A program made the translations under genes and the position numbers. This document shows, in pieces, positions 52,203-64,000 of a stretch of 64,000 bases of DNA. The notes under the pieces were generated by a model, which was given only the letters and a program-made list of their open reading frames with translations, was not told the origin of the DNA and searched no databases. The DNA is taken from contig NC_087251.1 in NCBI RefSeq assembly GCF_037042905.1, positions 35,464,001 through 35,528,000 on the forward strand, read 5' to 3'. Within the stretch, counting starts at the first letter, position 1. Every line of letters begins with the position of its first letter. Source of the DNA: Lytechinus pictus (taxonomy: Eukaryota).

Positions 52203-52829
52203 GTGTCTACTTCGAAAGGCGTTCCAGTTCTCAAGCAACGCACTTAAAACCGTCGAGGTTTTACGGTGGAGCATATGGTGATTAAAGATCCCTTCGAAGA
52301 AGCTCTCGTCAATTGGGTGGACGCAGAAAATCTAATTGTGGGGTTATTTTAGGATTTGATCAGGATGGCTGGCCAAGTTTCTTCAAGTACATAACGGACG
52401 CTTGGAGAAGGAGGCTTCTCGCAGTTGAATCAGCTGAATAATAATCTATCACTTGTCGCCGGACCGTTCTCTTCCTCCCATTTTCTTTATTTTGAATTCT
52501 CAAGGTTGATTTAAAGATTACGTATTCTAATTTTCTCCTTAGCTCGTGTCAATAGACGAACAGCACGCAAAGAGCATCGGGATGGTACCTGTGGTATTTT
52601 AAAATCGATTTCGATGTTGTCATGTACTTGAAAGAGGGTACTGTTTATTCACTTAATGAATGTTGTATTTGGAATACAAAGGGATTGAAGGGCAATTACA
52701 TCGTCGTTCGTAATTCCCATCTCCGGAGTAGTTTAGTCGTAGAAGCGTTAATAGATGACTTTGGTGAATTAGAAGGACTTGTCTTGAAGCTAAAGGAACT
52801 AAATATGCTTGTCGAGCCGGTGTTAAGAG

Positions 52830-53018
52830 CACTGGCAGATCCAGGGGGCGGGGCACAGCCGCCCCTCCCCCTCCTTGAGAGGCACAATCAAAATTTGTAA
52901 ATATGTCGTTATAACACAAGCGTGCCCCCCTCGAAAAGCGAGGAACTTTTGTATTTTTAGCTTGTCAAATTTTCCTCTGGAAAATGTGCCTCCCCGGAAA
53001 ATCCTGGATCCGCCCCTG
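52830..53018. mobile_element. hAT-like MITE (CAGGGGCGGATCCAGG ends)
   Basis: CACTGGCAGATCCAGGG ... CCTGGATCCGCCCCTG. Confidence 0.65.
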
Positions 53019-53094
53019 GTCTAGAGAATACGACCGACCGTAACTATCCGTTTCGGATGAAAATATAAAGTTACATTTTCTTTTCAAAATAATC

Positions 53095-55433
53095 ATCCAG
53101 CTGTCGTACAATAAAAGCAACCAGTAAAACTCTTTGCACGAGTAAATCGCATATTCTCGTATTGTGCTCGTGCGAGTGGTCGTGCAATCATGTGAGTGTT
53201 GGACGAGGGATTGCGAGTGGTTTCATATCAGTCTCAATAGTTGCACGACTGATTGCATAGTCGTGAGAGTCAACGTGATACAATGCGATTGCTCGTACGT
53301 TTGAATGAAACCAGTGCGAGTGTTCGTGTGATTGACGTGAGGTATAGTCCAATTCGAATTCAGAGCAATGTAATATGTAGCAGCCATAGCTTGGTACTTC
53401 CAATGGGCTGTCAGCAAATCTGCAATGAGCTAGGTGCGCGTATGTATGCGCGTATGTACATTTTTGTTTGAATGAGCTAATAAATTAAACCTGCACCATT
53501 ACAGATTTATGTAACAATTAGCTATCCATAATTTAACAACAACCTTAGAAGAGTTTGATTTAAACCCGAATTCAGTATATGGGCCTATTTGTTGAGGGAG
53601 GAAGCCCTTTACCCTATTTCTCTAGGTTTTATTTAGGAAAAGTTTGATTTGTATTTTAAAAGACAAAAATATGAACTTATCTTGCCCTTTTAATTTCGTT
53701 CAGATTATATCACATTTTTTGTCTTATTTTTTCTGCCCTCTCTTTTATTTATTATAAACTATTTTGTAACACCGATGAACGATCGCATACATGCGAATGC
53801 AACGGTAGTGCAATGTTGTAAGCCGTGTTGCGATCGGTCTTGCAACAGTCTTATGGCATATATGTTATCGCACCCAGTCGCAAGACTGGTCTCAATAGGT
53901 CGCTAGCACATGTGCAAGTGTTGTACGACCTCCAGTCGACTAAATGCGAGTACTAAAGCCCCTTTCACAATTGACGTACGACCATTTGCGACCTTTTGGT
54001 CGTGCGACAGGCTGCAACAGGCATCAATCGCTAGTCATCTCATAAGATCGCACAGAGGCTTTCACAGTTGCAACAGCTGTCGTACAACAAAAACAACCAG
54101 TAAACCCCGTTGCACGAGTAAGTCGCATATGCTCTTATTGTGCTCGTGCGATCACATGCGAGTGTTGCACGAGGGATTGCGAGTGGAACGGTCGCATACA
54201 TGCGAATGAAACGGTAGTGCAATGTTGTAAGCCGTTGCGATCGGTCTTGCAACAGTCTTATGGCCCATATTATTATCGCAACCAGTCGCAAGACAGGTCT
54301 CTGTACATGTAGGTCGCTTGTACATGTGCAAGTGTTGTACGACCTCCAGTCAAGTAAATGCGACTACTTAGTTGTGCCACCTCTCGCACCAAGTCGTACA
54401 ACGTTGAACAACACTCGCACGATGATCGCCCGAGCGATGGTACGACCCCGGGTACGGCCTGATGCGAGTGAATCGATCGTATTTGATCGCGTTCGGATTT
54501 TGAACATGTTCAAAGTTCAGATGTGACCAGTCACGACCACCTCGAGTTCGTGCGACCGTCTACAACGACTGCGAGTGCTCGCAAGACACCAAGAGATCGA
54601 TCGTGCAACAACAAGAAAAAAACTGTTGCAGGCGGTCGTAAACTGGTCGGACGTCAATTGTGAAAGGGGCTGAACGGTCGCATACAAGCGAATGCAACGG
54701 TAGTGGAATGTTGTAAGCCGTAATTTCGATCGATCTTGCAACAGTCTTATAGTATCGCACCCAGTCGCAAGACTGGTCTCTGTAGGTCTCCAGCACATGT
54801 GCAAGTGTTGTACGACCTCCAGTCGACTAAATGCGACTATACTTAGTTGTGCCACCTCTCGCACCAAGTCGTACAACGTTGAAAAACACTATCACGATGG
54901 TCGCCCGACCGATGGTAAGACCTGTTGCGAGTGAATCAATCGTATTTGATCGCGTTTGGATTTTGAACATGTTCAAAGTTCAGATGCGACCAGTCACGAT
55001 CACCTCCGACCACCTCGAGTTTGTGCGATCGTCTACAACGACTGCGAGTGCTCGCAAGACACCAAGGGATCGATCGTGCAACAACAAGAAAAAATTGTTG
55101 CAGGTGGTCGTAAACAGGTCGTACGTCAATTGTGAAAGGGGCTTTAGTTGTGCCACCTCTCGCATCAAGTCGTACAACGTTGAACAGCATTCAAGATGAT
55201 CTCCCGACCGATGGTATGATCTGATGCGAGTGAATCGATCGTATTTGATCGCGTTTGGATTTTGAACATGTTCAAAGTTCAGATGCGATCAGTCACGACC
55301 ACCTCGAGTTCGTGCGATCGTCTACAACGACTGCGAGTGCTCGCAAGACACCAAGAGATCGATCGTGCAACAACGAGAAAAAAACTGTTGCAGGCGGTCG
55401 TAAATTGGTCGTACGTCAATTGTGAAAGGGGCT
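53095..55433. mobile_element. Harbinger-like non-autonomous element nested in its own family
   Basis: 27-bp TIR AGCCCCTTTCACAATTGACGTACGACC at 53957, with inverted copies ending at 54671, 55143 and 55433; TAA/TTA flanks. Confidence 0.88.
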
Positions 55434-57957
55434 TAACTTTCGAACTGCTTTATGAAAAGCCCTCAGGATTACTCGTATATATTGTTTTTTATAAATGTGC
55501 GAGTTTTTTGTCAATTATTAGTACCGTGTTCCTTTATCGCATGGAAATTGACAGTAGTGACAACAGCGCTTTCATGTTTTGTTTTATTTTTGTAATACAG
55601 TACAAAACCGTATCTACGGGCATGCACTATAGATCATTGAAAGGATAATACATGGGAATACATGCTATTATATTATGCATTCACAATGCGGTTTACCTCT
55701 TCACATGCAGCATGCTCAACAACTATCTCCTAATGAGGTCATTATGTAAAGGCTAATGTTTACTTTAATATTGATACGTTCACGAGGGGTATAATGATAC
55801 GCTAATGGGGCGTAAACAATTGAATCAAATTATTGATAAAAAGTGATGGTTTATTAATTGCTCGAATACGAGACAATCATGTGTTGACCAAGAGAGGAAT
55901 TATAAAGCGTTTTAACAACTACATGTCTTCTTCAGAGATGCAATGATGTGTAAACATATTTAATACCAAATATTACACTATAAATTGCATGGATTTCCTT
56001 AATAACGATTTATATTCAAATGTAAGTCTTGTGAGATTTGAATATAATTTTTTAGATTTCATATGAAATCCAGAATTCGATTGATCCCTTGATATGGCCA
56101 ATCTGAATTAATGCAGTCTTGTCAATTTTGTCATGTTGTAATTTAGTAAAAATTTAGTAAGAGTAAACTTGATAAATACTGTAGTTTCATATATTGAAAT
56201 AGATTAGAATTAAATAAATGACAATGTGAAAGATCAACTAAGAAACTAGTTTGCCGTTTTAAAGTTCCCTTTCTATGATTCATCATAACTCTTCACCAAT
56301 TCTAGTCTTTATTTTCCTATGTATTTTAAGATTTATATTCTTCGTTATTGCGCGGACTCGGATTTATATATTTTTTACCAACCAGCATCCCTTGTCTAAA
56401 ATCGTTTCCGAGCCCCTGATTGATTCGTTACACACGTGGCTTTGGTTCTTCTATGGTCCCAGTTACAATATACTAAATTGTTTTTAACTGAGCTATGTTT
56501 TTACCTTTCACATGGCTATCATCAATGTAATAGCCATTGGTAGTATACCATGTTGTAATCTATTGGAACACGGTTTTTAGATAATTATTCCTGAAGTGAA
56601 TTCATAAATAGTATTTTGATTCCGTGTGATTGAAAATTATATTATGAAATAAACTGTTCTTCACCTTTTCCTGTTATTTACTCTTTATCCTTTACCAAAG
56701 ACGGAACTCGTCTTTGGTAAACGATGTATGCTGGTGTTGGGTGCGTGTGTGTGTGTCTGTGTGGTTTTTTTTCTTTATGGCTCTATTATCTTTACTGCAT
56801 GTTCTTTTTTTCTCATACTGTAAAAGGAGTCGACAGAAACTTAAGTCAGTGTTTCAAGTTCAAACTTATACACATTGAGTTGCGAACATTAAAAACACAC
56901 TCATCGATATGTACGCAGATACGCGTCTGCAGTTCCACAGAAAAGAGGTGTAACTTTGGGCGTGAATATTTTCATGGTGACCACTTGCGTACATGTATTG
57001 GTTTCGGTAGAAAGCACACCCACCTTCCCCCACCAAAATTGATTATGTGCGGTAATGTGCGTGTGTATCATTTTAATATAATTTGCAATCTTTACAATTT
57101 TTTGTTACTTCAATGAAATATCTGACAGATCCGATTTATTTTTATTCTGTCGTTATTTTCGCTGTTACAATTTTTTTTAGAGGACATAAGGGTTTTTAAT
57201 AACCAACGAAATCTATATTTCCCCCATCTAAATATACAATATATTGGCTCACTTGCTTCACTCTTTCTATAGTTTCTATTTTATAAAATTGCAGTCTCTC
57301 AACATTCTCGCCATTCTACATTTGAGAGTCACAGTTAAAATAAATTATTTATAATACAAATATATATTACTAATGCTTTCTATAATTTCTTTCTACATTA
57401 CACTTTAAGAAATCCATTAATTTTACTACCGTTACATTATTGAGCTATATATTTTTTTCATTAATCCATTGTGTCTCCTTTTTCCCGAAATATGGTATTA
57501 TGATATGTTTTATTCACATCACATTATGGTGATGGTCCATTGGCATAAATTAGTGAATATCAAATGGAAGCAGTGGACGTTAAATGATACATAAGTGTCA
57601 TTTAGGGAATATTATGTCCCCGATCATCATGATAGTATGTTCGTGCAATGTATTAATAGAGAGGCCACAATAGGCACATTCTCTCGCTGCATAGTTTCCC
57701 TTGACCGAATTTTAGCTCCCAATACTGCTACTTCTTCATATGCCTAAAGGTTGGGTAGTAATTTCTTTAGTATTTTGTTAATTGTATTTGTGTTTTTCTG
57801 TGTTTTGTACTCGTTTGAGCATTGACCGTTTGCCTTAAAATTTAACTGATGATTAAAATTTTATTACTAAATTTTTATTTCATGACAAACCTGAATTTAG
57901 AATGGCTGTCGAGTTACCATGGAAGCTCCATTGATAGCAATTGTTATGCAACAGGCT

Positions 57958-58101
57958 CAGGGAAAGTGTTTCACGAAATATGTTGTCGGAGATTTTATCA
58001 CCGTAAAATTTACTCTCAACCAATCAAATGCAAGAATTCTAAAATCTGTAAATACTAATTTCTGTAATGATTTCTGACAAATAGCTTTATAAAACGCTCC
58101 C
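57958..58101. mobile_element. ~140-bp MITE family, copy 5 (diverged)
   Basis: CAGGGAAAGTGTTTCACGAAA ... CCAATCA ... TATAAAACGCTCCC. Confidence 0.55.
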
Positions 58102-60520
58102 AACAATTTTAATCTTTATAATATAGTTTATCCATGATACCATATTATGTTGCAAGTAAAAACATGAATTAGAGTTGGGTAATAAAGTGATGATCTGTCG
58201 GAACTGGTTTACTTTCATGAATACTCGATCCGAGTGAAACAATAGATCTCAAAAAGCATGACCGAGTATCCGACGGATCACCCCTTAAATACACCTCCCG
58301 GATATGAGGTAAAAAGGACCCGTCGAGATGCATTTTGCGGTGACGGATCGAAAGGTGCAAACGGTGAAAATACAGCGTGATTACGTGAGCGCCATACCCC
58401 CCCCCCCACGCCATATATGCAAAGGACATGGGGGCAGCGCAAGTTTCTTCTGATAGCGGTGGGGGTGGAGGGGTAAGACGGCTTTTTCTTAAATGAATCA
58501 CAGGAGTATTATGGACTTACCAAGTCCAGGCGGCCGGGCCTTTCCATTTTATACCCTTCCTTGTTTCTTCCCTATTCTCCCTCTATTTTTTCTGTTGTTT
58601 TTTCTTCTTGCCCCCCAGCCATTTGGCGCCGCGCCCTAGTAAGGTGATAACTGATACGATTTACAAAACAACTAAAATATCGAATATTGATGATGTGAAA
58701 ATTAATGAAAGCATGGGTGGATTCGAAATGTTCCAGGGGACCATGCCTATTCTAAAAAATAAAGCAAGAATAATACAATTCAACACTCACAGAGAGCATT
58801 TCCTCTTTAAACAAAATTGACGAGCAAATACGAATACAGTATTATACAGAGGACCAAGACCCGCTAGCCAAACTCCCCTTCCATCCCTTTTCTCACTCCC
58901 CTCCCCACAACCGCTGTACCTTGAAATGAATTTTCTTCTAAAAACAATAACAACAAAGTGCAAAGGGCCGAATAGAATTGTTCATCGATCGAAGCATCGG
59001 TTTTCCATTGCATCTTTGATCCTGGCTGAGTAGTCCATTATTATATCATGTTTTTGTTTCTTTAATCTATTTTATCTAAATTTATAGTAAATTGGATAGC
59101 TGTAGTTGTTGTTTTTTGCATGATTTTGGTAAGTGCTTCACCGTTAACCTAATAGTATTGTCCATCATCGAAGCATGGGAGAGTATTGATCGTTTCTTTG
59201 ATCCTGCCTCATTGAAACATTTTGTTATCATGTTTGTTAAATAATCTCCTCAAGTTCTATTCATGGTAATTTCGAACTTAGAGTTTTAATATTGGACATG
59301 AATTTGATAATTTTTCTTATGATAAGAAGTAGTAGTATGAGTAAACATAATAGACTTTCACAAAAAATGACAGTATAATAAAATGGTCAGTCAGCTACTA
59401 AAAAAATCCTTGTAATGATTGAAGACAGCTTTGTTATTTCCTTTCGGCTTTTCCTGAATTTGTTGTTCAATATTATGTCCTTGATGTTCGAAAAAAAGAT
59501 AAGATCCTTCGACAATGATTATGGATCACAGCAGCCCAATCGAAACGCTTGTTGACTCTCATCTCCAGACATAATGACGTAATGATGACGTTAAAGGTAA
59601 ATGACATTTACTTCTGGTTTTATTAGTCCCAACAATGATGGAGAGGAGAGGTTTTCTTGTTTCGATGAATATACAAGATGAAATCACTCGACTCGCCATT
59701 CATCAACTCATCGAAAAATATACATCACTGCACTCGAAAGAAAAGGGTGAAGAGCTTCCTGTTATCAACCTTTACCCTCAATTACTAGCTACTTAAAATA
59801 AAGTTAAATCCGGTGATAGTTCTTTCTTCTATAGAATGATTGAAATGGCTAATAATTCTCGCTGAAGTTTTCTGCATGTGGTAGCACAATACATTCAGGA
59901 AATTTTCGAATCTCAGTAAATCGTCAATGCCATGTTTAAATGCGTAAAAGACGACCAAATAAGGGGGAAAATAATGTTGTAAGCAGCACTTTTATCATCA
60001 TGATTATCGTCCTTAACTGCAATTTTCTAAATCAATCCTTAAAAAATAAATACATTCCCTTCCCCTTTTCCCAAACTAAGCAGTTTTCGCTCCACGAAGC
60101 ACGACGGGTTCAAGAACATTAAAAATGTATTTTCAAATGCCCTTCATCACAATGAAAAACCAAGACGTCTTTGCCAAAAATTGATGAATCAAAACAGTTG
60201 TTTGGTCGTGGACTATGGACATATTTACGATTTTTCATCAGCTCCGAAACTCTCGAAAAAAAACCCTCCCAGTTGTCACTTGACGGGCATTATCAATACT
60301 TTTACTGTGTTCTTGAAATCGTCGAGCATTGCGCAGCGAACACTCTATTTTCTTGCGACCTAAACCTTCCCACTAATTCGCCACCCCACCCTCCACATCG
60401 ATTTACCCGTTGGCGGTTTTCCTTGACCCCATCTTTCTTTCACTCATCAAGAAAAGCATGCCTAACAAACTACGGACAAATAAAGGTACTAATTGCTTAT
60501 GAGAGGGAATATAAACCTAC

Positions 60521-60661
60521 CTAGAATTGGCATCTCGTCGCTCCGGGCTTTTCTTAAACAGGTGTTGGACTTAAACACGCCAAGGTGATGCAGGATGAAG
60601 GTTGCCATGACAACGAAGAGGATGCATGCCAAACTGATGCCGATAATTGCACCAATGGACA
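60521..60661 (-). CDS. Transmembrane-domain exon of a single-pass (probably type I) membrane protein
   Basis: Acceptor ttttttctttacag| and donor CTAG|gtaggt; 141 nt, phase 1/1, no stops. Translates as xSIGAIIGISLACILFVVMATFILHHLGVFKSNTCLRKARSDEMPIL: about 22 hydrophobic residues followed by a basic juxtamembrane stretch. Confidence 0.8.
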
Positions 60662-61364
60662 CTGTAAAGAAAAAAGGTTACACGTGAAAATAATAATATT
60701 GACAAATTAAGGGTTTCGTTGGAAATACAGATTAAATGTTTGTCCCGTGACGCGTGACCCACCGACATTAAGACGACCGAAACCCTGTTCGGGCACACTC
60801 ATTTGACTCTCGCACACACCCTCACAAGCCCCTCCACCCCCCCCCCCTCCCCACATCACACAGTTACAGTTAACATATTTTGCACACGAACTTCAACCAA
60901 TAACAGCTGACTGAAAACCACTATCACAATGTGAAAACGTTGATTTTCTTTTACGAACTAAAAAAAAGTCATTGGATAATTATCAATTTTTATTCTTTCA
61001 TTTCCGTTACTTCCTCTGAACAAAAGTAATGCGAGTCGATCTCTGGGTGAGATTAACACATATCTTCAGGGGAACTACTTTCTTTTGAATTCGAGCTTCA
61101 CTGGCTACATGAATGATTAATTGAATGGATTCATCCATCGTTTTAACTATTCATGAACGTAAATAAGTACTTCCTAATAGAGCCAACCTTGCCCCAGATC
61201 AATGCATGAACTGCTTTGCAAAATAATTTTCTTTACATTCACACACGTGCAAATATAGATTTGAGAAAGAAAACAGGGTGTGTGTCATCATAAAGTGTGT
61301 CGGTTCAAAATACCCAAAGTACGGTTTTAAGAAGATTTATCACACCGTATCAAAATGCGATGTG

Positions 61365-61762
61365 GGGCGATTCCATGCGACAAAAATCAGCTATTTTCGC
61401 AACATTTTTCAACCTACTGTCCAAACAAACGAAGAACTTCAATTTGTTTTGTGGTAATGATAGAGTACTACTGGATAGACATATGATAAAATGGCAACCA
61501 ACAAAAATATGCCGTCCATGGGTGAATTAGAGGTGAAAATGTTGCGTGTCGTACGGGACATTTTTGAGTCCCGTACGACACACAACATTTTCGCCCTTAA
61601 TTCAGCCATAATCAAATATTTTTTGTTGGTAATCAGTTTTTCACGTGACTACCCACTATAACTTTATTATTGACCAAAAATAATTTTTCATTGCTCAAGC
61701 AATCAGCTAAGAGACTAGAAATTGTTGACAAAATGTCCCGTACGACACGTATGGAATCGCCC
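61365..61762 (+). mobile_element. ~400-bp MITE with GGG...CCC ends and a 4-bp TSD (Sola2-like)
   Basis: TGTG|GGGCGATTCCAT ... ATGGAATCGCCC|TGTG; internal palindrome TGTCGTACGGGAC/GTCCCGTACGACA. Confidence 0.85.
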
Positions 61763-62636
61763 TGTGATCAATCTTTCTTATCGATTATTTGAATCGCATC
61801 AGAGAGCTACAGTAGACACTGCAGTATAACAGTTCACCAACATTTAATTGCGATTATGTGTAATACAGTTGCATATAGTGGGAAAATAGTTAACATCTTG
61901 GAATATTGGCACTTTATATTCCAGTGGCTCTTAAAGTCACGTGTTACCATGGTAACCTGACGAACGGCTTCATGAAATACACTTAATTGAAAGGCTCTAT
62001 GCCAAGGTTTATTGAGTCTTTGTTAGAAAAACAATGAAATGAGGGAAATGTGACATTTAAGTCATGAAATCTTGTTTTGTGTAGGGCATGGGAGAACATG
62101 GCAGAGGTAAAACTATGGGAGGTAAAAAATATCCCTGGGCATAGAAAAACATGACCGTGACAGATGTAAAAATGCAGAAGTAAAAACGACAGAGGTAAAA
62201 AAAAAAAAGGGAAAGGCAGTGCATGGTAAACATGGCAGTGTTAAAACAAGCCATTTTTACCTCTGCCAATTTACCCTTGTCCCTTTTTACCTATTTTGTT
62301 TTTACCTCTGTTTTCTTTCTTATCTATTCAATTTTTTCTCTTGTCAATTTTACCCCCTGTCATTTTCACCTCTACCATTTTCAAAACGAAAACTTCTATT
62401 ATGTTCAATTTTCCTTTGGTAATTGTATAGAATGCTGTTTGTGTTTCAATTATTATTGCTAAATGCTCGATCGATTTCGTTATCAAAACCATTGTTCTAG
62501 AGAAACATTATCGGACAAAAATTTCTATAATCATGATAATATTTTCAATGCAAAATATCAGAGCAACATAACTGTTTTACATAATAAAAATTACAAATGA
62601 AAGGATGATTAATGTTTACCTAAAATATCCAGTAAT

Positions 62637-63042
62637 GGGTGCTTTCATACGTGTCGTACGGGACATTTAGACAACAATTTCTAGTCTCTTAGCTGACTGC
62701 TTGAGCAATACAATTTTCTTTTTTGGTCAATGATAAAGTTATAGTAGGTATAGTAATGTAAAAAACTGATAACTAACAACAAATGTTTGATTATGGGTGA
62801 AAATACGTGAAAATGTTGTGTGCCGTACGGGACTCAAAAATGTCCCGTACGGTGCGATACGCAACATTTTCTCCTGTAGTTCACGCATAAACGACATTTT
62901 TTTGTTGGTTGTCATTATTTTTACATGACTACACAGTAGTACTTTATTATTTCCACAAAACAAATTGAAGATCTTTGTTTGTTTGGACTGCAGGTTGAAC
63001 AATATTGTGAAAATGGCTGATATTTCTAGCATAGAATCGCCC
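62637..63042 (-). mobile_element. Second, inverted copy of the Sola2-like MITE
   Basis: TAAT|GGGTGCTTTCATACGTGTCGTACGGGAC ... ATAGAATCGCCC|TAAT; reverse-complement homolog of 61365-61762. Confidence 0.85.
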
Positions 63043-64000
63043 TAATGCAGACACTCAATCCGCTTTTAAACGTGAAGTCTTCAACCGGTCAAGTCAGATC
63101 TGTGAATTTACGTCCACAGTCTACTTCTTCGTAATCTTAGTTGTCTTTAGAATTTACGAATCTAATTGCCAGAAATTGAACTTCCGAATTATCAAACGAA
63201 ACATGTCACTGAATTACTGAACCAACAAGTGATCTAGAAGAACAAATTTTGAAATGATTGTTTTATGTTGTTGTTGTTGCTTTTTTTTACATCTTAAACA
63301 AGTGTTTGTATTATACAACACTGATCGTGGCAAGTCGAAAGGTGACGATCATGCATATCCTCGCACGCTTCGGGGCAATTTAAAGAGATTTGATATTTTG
63401 CGGGGGATGCATTCTGGGTGATCTCGAATTCGTTGAAAAAAAAATTGAGAAAATATAATATATATAACAAGGAGACGATCTCACTTCTTGGTATCTCTTG
63501 AAACAGGGATGGATAAGAGTTACATTTTAGTTATTTTTTCTTAATATACTTTTAATACACTTGTATTTGATTTTTAAGGAAATTGAACATAAAAAAAAAG
63601 AATTTTGGGGAATGTCTGTGCTGATCGTTCTTGTAACCATAAATATTTTACAATGGCTGCTTAAAATGCCTCTGAAAGAGTGATGAGGAGAATCACTTTT
63701 AAATAAATTTGTTCATGTTGTTGAAGCCCTCGTTTTATCTCATATTTTATTGTTAATCTCGGTCAATTTCTTTGTCTTACTTGCCTGCTGATAATTTCTA
63801 TTTTTAGTAAACTGTAAATAAAATTGCTTATTATATAGGGTTTTTATAGAGGAATCCAAACATAATTCAATTTTCTCTGACATAATGATGGTATTTGAGG
63901 CTTAAACACATCAAACATTGGTGGTTTTTACCGCGTTCTATCAAAATTGAAGAGAAATTCAAATCCATTCTTACCATTGCACTTTGTGGTCAATATTCTA

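Noticed and set aside
52250-52810. Exon-like GC-balanced unique sequence
   Set aside because: Candidate acceptors on either strand run into stops within about 40 codons; no frame compatible with the receptor gene was found.
53910-55648. Cluster of 80-128-aa ORFs suggesting a transposase
   Set aside because: No DDE or Myb motifs; the ORFs come from GC-balanced subterminal repeats of the Harbinger-like element.
58258-58308. Plus-strand first exon MTEYPTDHPLNTPPGYE|gt with a PPxY motif
   Set aside because: Very short, the donor is only moderate, and no downstream plus-strand exon was found; cannot be distinguished from chance.

Overview
AT-rich eukaryotic DNA. The repeat families look like a marine invertebrate, probably a sea urchin (inference, not verified). 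There are no prokaryotic operons, CRISPR arrays or rRNA genes, and most listed ORFs are spurious. The window is mostly intron of one minus-strand gene for a single-pass membrane protein. Three frame-compatible phase-1/phase-1 GT-AG exons were found by reading: a transmembrane exon (60521-60661, absent from the ORF track) and two cytoplasmic-tail exons (16709-16939, 7960-8064); a terminal exon may lie at 1128-1249. The introns are full of mobile DNA: many MITEs and foldback elements, Helentron-associated elements, two tRNA-derived SINEs, and CR1/L2 and RNase H-bearing LINE relics. The most unusual region is 21.8-38.9 kb, a tandemly amplified composite unit: 26-bp minisatellite, Penelope RT/GIY-YIG relic, about 3 kb of cargo, a minimal hammerhead ribozyme, then minisatellite again. 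It is present as two near-full copies plus one partial copy, and only the partial copy keeps an intact hammerhead core. I found no clearly new protein-coding system.
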